A stretch of DNA of 64,000 nt. It comes from Escherichia coli (GTDB taxonomy: Bacteria > Pseudomonadota > Gammaproteobacteria > Enterobacterales > Enterobacteriaceae). Made by a program: the position numbers and the translations under genes. Shown here piece after piece: positions 57,960 through 64,000 of this stretch (position 1 is the first letter of the stretch; each line of letters opens with the position of its first letter). The notes under the pieces were generated by a model that saw only the letters and a list, made by a program, of their open reading frames with translations, was not told the DNA's origin and ran no database searches. The DNA lies in NCBI RefSeq assembly GCF_001677475.2, contig NZ_CP015229.1; one strand, written 5' to 3'.

Positions 57960-58949
57960 ATGGCTTCACAACTGACTGATGCATTTGCGCGTAAGTTTTA
58001 CTACTTGCGCCTGTCGATTACCGATGTGTGTAACTTTCGTTGCACCTACTGCCTGCCGGATGGCTACAAACCGAGCGGCGTCACTAATAAAGGCTTTCTT
58101 ACCGTCGATGAAATTCGCCGGGTTACGTGCGCCTTCGCCAGCCTGGGCACCGAAAAAGTGCGCCTGACAGGCGGTGAGCCGTCTTTACGCCGCGACTTTA
58201 CCGATATCATCGCCGCTGTGCGAGAAAACGACGCTATCCGCCAGATTGCGGTCACCACCAATGGTTACCGTCTGGAACGCGATGTGGCGAACTGGCGCGA
58301 TGCTGGACTTACTGGCATCAACGTCAGCGTTGATAGTCTGGACGCCCGCCAGTTTCACGCTATTACCGGGCAGGACAAATTCAACCAGGTCATGGCAGGG
58401 ATTGATGCTGCATTTGAGGCCGGTTTTGAGAAGGTCAAAGTCAATACCGTGCTGATGCGTGATGTTAATCATCACCAGCTCGAGACCTTTCTGAACTGGA
58501 TCCAGCATCGCCCTATCCAGCTGCGTTTCATCGAACTGATGGAAACGGGCGAGGGCAGCGAGCTCTTCCGTAAGCATCACATCTCTGGTCAGGTTCTGCG
58601 TGACGAGCTACTGCGTCGCGGCTGGATCCACCAATTACGTCAACGCAGCGACGGGCCCGCGCAAGTCTTTTGTCATCCGGATTACGCCGGAGAGATTGGC
58701 CTTATCATGCCGTATGAAAAAGACTTCTGCGCCACTTGCAACCGCCTGCGCGTTTCCTCCATTGGTAAACTCCATCTCTGCCTGTTTGGTGAAGGCGGCG
58801 TTAACCTGCGCGATCTGCTGGAAGACGATACCCAGCAACAGGCGCTGGAAGCGCGTATTTCAGCGGCGCTGCGGGAGAAGAAACAGACCCATTTCCTGCA
58901 TCAAAACAACACCGGTATTACGCAAAACTTATCGTACATTGGCGGCTAA
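57960..58949 (+). CDS. moaA: GTP 3',8-cyclase (Moco biosynthesis, radical SAM)
   Basis: [31 protein letters not shown] radical-SAM cluster motif; internal start (329 aa). Confidence 0.97.
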   Translation: MASQLTDAFARKFYYLRLSITDVCNFRCTYCLPDGYKPSGVTNKGFLTVDEIRRVTCAFASLGTEKVRLTGGEPSLRRDFTDIIAAVRENDAIRQIAVTTNGYRLERDVANWRDAGLTGINVSVDSLDARQFHAITGQDKFNQVMAGIDAAFEAGFEKVKVNTVLMRDVNHHQLETFLNWIQHRPIQLRFIELMETGEGSELFRKHHISGQVLRDELLRRGWIHQLRQRSDGPAQVFCHPDYAGEIGLIMPYEKDFCATCNRLRVSSIGKLHLCLFGEGGVNLRDLLEDDTQQQALEARISAALREKKQTHFLHQNNTGITQNLSYIGG

Positions 58950-58970
58950 AACGTCAAAAGGAGAGATCAG

Positions 58971-59483
58971 ATGAGTCAGGTAAGCACTGAATTTATCCCG
59001 ACCCGTATTGCTATTCTTACGGTTTCTAATCGTCGCGGTGAAGAAGACGATACCTCCGGTCACTATCTGCGCGATTCGGCGCAGGAAGCGGGCCATCACG
59101 TTGTCGATAAAGCCATTGTGAAAGAAAACCGCTACGCTATTCGCGCTCAGGTATCTGCGTGGATCGCCAGCGACGATGTACAAGTGGTATTGATTACGGG
59201 GGGTACTGGCCTGACGGAAGGTGATCAGGCTCCCGAAGCGCTGCTGCCGTTGTTCGACCGTGAGGTTGAAGGTTTTGGTGAAGTGTTCCGGATGTTGTCG
59301 TTCGAAGAGATTGGCACTTCCACGTTGCAATCTCGTGCGGTAGCGGGCGTCGCTAACAAAACGCTGATTTTCGCCATGCCAGGTTCGACCAAAGCGTGCC
59401 GCACCGCATGGGAAAATATCATCGCGCCGCAGCTGGATGCCCGTACGCGTCCGTGTAATTTCCATCCACATTTGAAGAAATAA
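58971..59483 (+). CDS. moaB: Molybdenum cofactor biosynthesis protein B
   Basis: 170-aa MogA/MoaB-fold ORF. Confidence 0.96.
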
Positions 59484-59485
59484 GT

Positions 59486-59971
59486 ATGTCGCAACTGACC
59501 CATATCAACGCCGCTGGCGAAGCGCACATGGTGGATGTCTCCGCCAAAGCGGAAACCGTGCGTGAAGCGCGCGCCGAAGCCTTTGTCACCATGCGCAGCG
59601 AGACGCTGGCGATGATTATTGATGGTCGCCACCACAAAGGCGACGTATTTGCCACTGCGCGTATTGCCGGTATTCAGGCGGCAAAACGCACCTGGGATCT
59701 GATCCCGCTCTGTCACCCGCTGATGCTCAGCAAAGTTGAAGTCAATTTACAGGCCGAGCCGGAGCACAATCGGGTACGTATAGAAACCTTATGCCGCCTG
59801 ACCGGGAAAACCGGTGTCGAAATGGAAGCGTTAACCGCGGCCTCCGTGGCGGCGCTGACCATTTATGACATGTGCAAAGCGGTGCAAAAAGATATGGTAA
59901 TTGGTCCGGTACGTTTGCTGGCGAAGAGCGGCGGCAAGTCGGGTGACTTTAAGGTGGAAGCGGATGATTAA
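59486..59971 (+). CDS. moaC: Cyclic pyranopterin monophosphate synthase
   Basis: 161-aa [22 protein letters not shown]... Confidence 0.96.
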
Positions 59972-60209
59972 AGTTCTTTTTTTCGCCCAGGTGCGCGAGT
60001 TGGTGGGAACAGATGCAACCGAAGTGGCTGCGGATTTCCCAACCGTTGAAGCGTTACGCCAACATCTGGCTGCGCAGAGCGATCGCTGGACGCTGGCGCT
60101 GGAAGATGGCAAATTGCTGGCTGCCGTCAACCAGACGCTGGTGAGTTTTGACCATCCGCTGACTGACGGCGACGAAGTGGCTTTCTTCCCGCCGGTAACC
60201 GGAGGTTAA
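59964..60209 (+). CDS. moaD: Molybdopterin synthase sulfur-carrier subunit
   Basis: [17 protein letters not shown]...FFPPVTGG with C-terminal Gly-Gly; internal start (81 aa), overlaps moaC end. Confidence 0.95.
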
Positions 60210-60210
60210 G

Positions 60211-60663
60211 ATGGCAGAAACCAAAATTGTTGTCGACCCGCAGCCATTCAGCGTAGGAGAAGAGTATCCGTGGCTGGCGGAGCGTGATGAAGACGGTGCG
60301 GTAGTCACCTTTACCGGTAAGGTGCGCAACCATAACCTTGGCGACAGCGTCAAAGCATTAACCCTCGAACACTATCCGGGGATGACTGAAAAAGCACTGG
60401 CAGAAATTGTCGATGAAGCGCGTAACCGCTGGCCGCTGGGGCGCGTCACGGTGATTCACCGCATCGGGGAATTATGGCCGGGCGATGAAATCGTTTTTGT
60501 CGGTGTCACCAGTGCGCATCGCAGCAGTGCGTTTGAAGCCGGGCAGTTTATTATGGATTATCTCAAAACCCGCGCACCGTTCTGGAAGCGCGAAGCCACG
60601 CCGGAAGGCGACCGCTGGGTCGAAGCTCGGGAGAGCGATCAGCAGGCGGCAAAACGCTGGTAG
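60211..60663 (+). CDS. moaE: Molybdopterin synthase catalytic subunit
   Basis: 150-aa ORF immediately after moaD. Confidence 0.96.
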   Translation: MAETKIVVDPQPFSVGEEYPWLAERDEDGAVVTFTGKVRNHNLGDSVKALTLEHYPGMTEKALAEIVDEARNRWPLGRVTVIHRIGELWPGDEIVFVGVTSAHRSSAFEAGQFIMDYLKTRAPFWKREATPEGDRWVEARESDQQAAKRW

Positions 60664-60799
60664 TTTTTTGTTAGCCGGATCAGGCACCGCTGCGTCCGGC
60701 AATTTCACCGCTCAGTACATGCGTTTACGCTGCGTCGATGCACAGCCTCATCATTTTGCAGTATCCTTAAGATATTCCTTATATCTTCAGGAGATCGTC

Positions 60800-61504
60800 A
60801 TGGACAGATTCCCACGTTCTGATTCAATTGTACAACCCCGGGCTGGCTTGCAAACTTATATGGCGCAAGTCTATGGCTGGATGACCGTTGGCTTGTTGCT
60901 GACCGCATTTGTTGCCTGGTATGCGGCTAATTCCGCGGCCGTGATGGAGCTGTTGTTCACTAACCGTGTCTTTTTAATCGGTCTGATCATCGCGCAATTA
61001 GCATTGGTTATTGTGTTATCAGCAATGATTCAAAAGCTGAGCGCAGGTGTAACGACGATGCTCTTTATGCTTTATTCGGCGCTGACGGGTCTTACGCTTT
61101 CCAGTATTTTCATTGTCTATACCGCTGCTTCTATCGCCAGTACTTTCGTCGTTACTGCCGGGATGTTCGGCGCAATGAGCCTGTACGGTTACACCACGAA
61201 GCGCGATCTAAGCGGCTTTGGCAATATGCTGTTTATGGCGTTAATCGGCATTGTGCTGGCATCGCTGGTCAACTTCTGGCTGAAAAGCGAAGCGTTGATG
61301 TGGGCGGTTACCTACATCGGCGTGATTGTCTTTGTCGGATTGACGGCGTATGACACGCAGAAACTGAAAAATATGGGTGAGCAGATTGATACCCGCGACA
61401 CGTCGAACCTGCGCAAATATTCCATTCTTGGCGCGTTAACCTTGTATCTGGACTTCATCAACCTGTTCCTGATGTTGCTGCGGATCTTCGGCAACCGCCG
61501 TTAA
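60800..61504 (+). CDS. ybhL: BAX inhibitor-1 family inner membrane protein YbhL
   Basis: MDRFPRSDSIVQPRAGLQTYMAQVYGWMTVGLL...; internal ATG at 60800 after GGAG SD; 339-aa ORF-track extension rejected. Confidence 0.92.
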   Translation: MDRFPRSDSIVQPRAGLQTYMAQVYGWMTVGLLLTAFVAWYAANSAAVMELLFTNRVFLIGLIIAQLALVIVLSAMIQKLSAGVTTMLFMLYSALTGLTLSSIFIVYTAASIASTFVVTAGMFGAMSLYGYTTKRDLSGFGNMLFMALIGIVLASLVNFWLKSEALMWAVTYIGVIVFVGLTAYDTQKLKNMGEQIDTRDTSNLRKYSILGALTLYLDFINLFLMLLRIFGNRR

Positions 61505-61523
61505 TTCTTTTTTCACCATCAAT

Positions 61524-61550
61524 ATCCCGGCCATGTGTCGGGATTTTTTT
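61524..61550 (+). terminator. Rho-independent terminator after ybhL
   Basis: atcccggccatgtgtcgggat followed by ttttttt. Confidence 0.7.
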
Positions 61551-61710
61551 CTTACGAAAAAACGACACTTAACAAGTACCAGGTATAAAATATGCCTTAT
61601 GAGCGAGCGGAAGCGTTTTCCGTATCCATAAATAAAAAAGTATTTTGTATGCGTGGCTTTAAATTTATTGATGATAAATATTAATGTTTTTTCTAAGGAC
61701 AACTAAAAGA

Positions 61711-62424
61711 ATGGAATCATACTCGCAAAACAGCAAAAAATTAGATTTTCAGCACGAGGCCAGGATATTAAACGGCGTATGGCTTATTACCGCTTTAGGT
61801 TTGGTGGCAACCGCAGGACTGGCCTGGGGAGCTAAGCATCTCGAAATTACGGCAACAAAATATGATTCACCGCAAATGTATGTCGCCATAGGATTATTAT
61901 TACTTTGTATGTATAGCTTAAGTAAGGATATCAACAAGATAAATGCCGCCATCACGGGCGTAATGTATTTGTTTTTAATCTCTTTGGTGGCGATTGTCGT
62001 TGCAAGTTTAGTTCCTGTACCTGCCATTATCCTTGTGTTCAGCACTGCGGGCGCGATGTTTTTTATCAGTATGCTGGCCGGTTTATTATTCAATGTTGAT
62101 CCTGGTTCTCACCGTTTTATCATTATGATGACGTTGACAGGGTTGGCCCTGGTAATCATCGTGAATGCGGCATTAATGAGTGAACGGCCCATTTGGGTAA
62201 TAAGTTGCTTAATGATTGTGTTATGGTCAGGCATTATCTCGCATGGACGAAATAAGCTCCTTGAACTGGCGGGGAAATGCCATAGTGAAGAGTTGTGGAG
62301 TCCGGTTCGTTGCGCTTTTACAGGTGCATTAATACTCTATTACTATTTTATCGGCTTCTTTGGGATACTTGCAGCAATAGCGATAACGCTTGTCTGGCAA
62401 AGGCATACGCGTTTTTTTCATTAG
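61711..62424 (+). CDS. ybhM: BAX inhibitor-1-like inner membrane protein YbhM
   Basis: MESYSQNSKKLDFQHEARILNG...; internal start (237 aa); AT-richer and hydrophobic. Confidence 0.9.
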   Translation: MESYSQNSKKLDFQHEARILNGVWLITALGLVATAGLAWGAKHLEITATKYDSPQMYVAIGLLLLCMYSLSKDINKINAAITGVMYLFLISLVAIVVASLVPVPAIILVFSTAGAMFFISMLAGLLFNVDPGSHRFIIMMTLTGLALVIIVNAALMSERPIWVISCLMIVLWSGIISHGRNKLLELAGKCHSEELWSPVRCAFTGALILYYYFIGFFGILAAIAITLVWQRHTRFFH

Positions 62425-62584
62425 TCGTAAAAAATAGGTAAGTTTCTCTTTTGGGAAAAATGCGTGTTAATGGTTTTTATATAACCTCATGAATAAAATC
62501 GTGAAGAAATGTAGTGAGGCTGATGCGCTATGCTTAGCCGGTACTGACTGGAATTGTAAACTATTAACTGAGTCCGGTTGTGTT

Positions 62585-62650
<66 letters not shown>

Positions 62651-62672
62651 ACCAAAAGAACTTAACTAAACT

Positions 62673-63629
62673 TCACATCGCCGCTTCATTTTTCGCCCGT
62701 AGCTTCTTCGCCTGACTTTCCAGTAGCAGGTAACAGATCAGCGCCAGCAGCAGTGGGATAAAGTAATACAGCACACGGTAAGCGAGTAGGGCGGCGATAA
62801 TTGTACCTTTGGAGGTATGCTCCCCAGCCAGTAGCGCGATAAATACCGCTTCCAGCACACCAATTCCCGCCGGAATATGCACGATGACGCCAGCAATACT
62901 ACTAACCAGCAACACGCCCAGTACAAAGAAATAGTTCACGCTTTGACCGAGTAACAGCCAGATAATCGCTCCCATTACCATCCAGTTAACGCTGGAAATC
63001 AGCATCTGGGCGAAGGCGAATTTCCATGAAGGCAGCACCAGCTTTTGTCCTTTGATGGTCATATGGCGGTGCTTCGCGAAAGCGCAAAACCACAAATAAA
63101 CCGCGATAATCATCAGTAAGCCAATGCCGAGAATACGTAGCGTAGTTTGATCGACATACCAGTGATCCGGCAACTCCACCACGCCCGCGGTAAAGATAAT
63201 CCCTGCCAGTAAAATATAGCCCAGCCAGTTGGTGGTAATACTGAGCGAGAAAATCCGCGTAATAGTGCTGCCCGGTAACCCTAGCCGGGAGTACAAACGA
63301 TAGCGCATACCAATGCCGCCGACCCAGGTACTGAGTGTCAGGTTGAAGGCGTAGCAGATAAACGACACCAGCATCACCTGGCGCTTCGCCAGTTTGTGAC
63401 CGCAGTAAAAGCGGGCGAGCAGGTCATAGCAGCCGTAAATCAGATAGCTGACGACCACCAGCCCGACCGCACTGAGCAGCGCAACGCGATTGTAGTCGCG
63501 GATGACCTTCCAGACCTCTTCCCAGTCCACTTTTTTGGCGTAGACCACCAACAACACAATCACCGCGATAAAAAACAGCCAGGTGAGGATCTTCTTTGCT
63601 AAGCGCCAGCGCGGGTGTGATTTACTCAT
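62673..63629 (-). CDS. ybhN: Inner membrane protein YbhN (UPF0104, flippase-like)
   Basis: 318-aa multi-TM ORF immediately downstream of clsB on the minus strand. Confidence 0.92.
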   Translation of the reverse strand: MSKSHPRWRLAKKILTWLFFIAVIVLLVVYAKKVDWEEVWKVIRDYNRVALLSAVGLVVVSYLIYGCYDLLARFYCGHKLAKRQVMLVSFICYAFNLTLSTWVGGIGMRYRLYSRLGLPGSTITRIFSLSITTNWLGYILLAGIIFTAGVVELPDHWYVDQTTLRILGIGLLMIIAVYLWFCAFAKHRHMTIKGQKLVLPSWKFAFAQMLISSVNWMVMGAIIWLLLGQSVNYFFVLGVLLVSSIAGVIVHIPAGIGVLEAVFIALLAGEHTSKGTIIAALLAYRVLYYFIPLLLALICYLLLESQAKKLRAKNEAAM

Positions 63630-64000
63630 CAGGGTTTTACCCCCGTGTTTTCAGTTTCTACCCGATCCTGAGTTTCCATTGTCGGTTGGGCGGGGGGATC
63701 AACCTGCGCCAGACGTGGCGTGTGTGCCGGAAGCCAGCCAACCAGCGCCGGGAAGTGGCGTAAAAAGTGGAACGCCAGCACGCTTTTGGTCAGGTTCCAC
63801 CAGGTGCGTTTGGGCAGCATGGTTTCATCCACCTGCTGGCAGTCTGCGGCGATAATGCCGTTCAGATTATCGCGCAGCGTCTGGTTAAAATGACGATCGT
63901 GGATGATGACATTTGCTTCGAGATTCAGTGACAAACTGAGCGGATCGAGATTACTGGACCCTACTGTCGCCCAGTGATCGTCCATCAATGCTACTTTGCC
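63629..64000 (-). CDS. clsB: Cardiolipin synthase B (phospholipase D family), C-terminal part; gene continues past window end
   Basis: ...HDRHFNQTLRDNLNGIIAADCQQVDETMLPK... with second HKD-region context (ATVGSSNLD); 1-bp overlap with ybhN start. Confidence 0.88.
   Translation of the reverse strand, partial: GKVALMDDHWATVGSSNLDPLSLSLNLEANVIIHDRHFNQTLRDNLNGIIAADCQQVDETMLPKRTWWNLTKSVLAFHFLRHFPALVGWLPAHTPRLAQVDPPAQPTMETQDRVETENTGVKP

Noticed and set aside
60664-60799. Possible REP element or terminator after moaE (agccggatcaggcaccgctgcgtccggca)
   Set aside because: The inverted repeat is imperfect and lacks a flanking T-run; not convincing enough to annotate.
57879-61504. N-terminally extended ORF-track versions of moaA (356 aa), moaD (102 aa), ybhL (339 aa)
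   Set aside because: The extensions read through the moa leader, the moaC 3' end and the moaE/ybhL spacer; internal starts with ribosome-binding sites give the canonical protein lengths. The same logic was applied to bioA, bioC, galE, modF, gpmA, ybhA, ybhK, ybhD, ybhJ, ybhM, pal, tolB and cydA.

Overview
Enterobacterial (Escherichia coli-type) chromosome segment. Positions 12.7-64 kb are the conserved core run cydABX-ybgE-ybgC-tolQRA-tolB-pal-cpoB, a seven-gene tRNA-Lys/Val array, nadA-pnuC, zitB, ybgS, aroG, gpmA, galETKM, modF/modE, acrZ, modABC, ybhA, pgl, ybhD/H/I/J, ybhC, ybhB, bioA/bioBFCD, uvrB, ybhK, moaABCDE, ybhL/M/N and the 3' part of clsB. Positions 1-12 kb are accessory: a minus-strand operon for B12-dependent glutamate fermentation by the methylaspartate (mesaconate) route (glutamate mutase S/L/E, methylaspartate ammonia-lyase, class I fumarase-type mesaconase, a transporter, a corrinoid adenosyltransferase paralog), with an uncharacterised DUF1446/DUF4387-like gene pair embedded in it. 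Next to it lies a strongly AT-rich two-gene module (10469-11917) with no family I can recognise; this is my best candidate for an undescribed system. No CRISPR array, IS element, integrase or prophage gene was seen. All calls come from reading the ORF translations and DNA by eye; no database search or computation was run.
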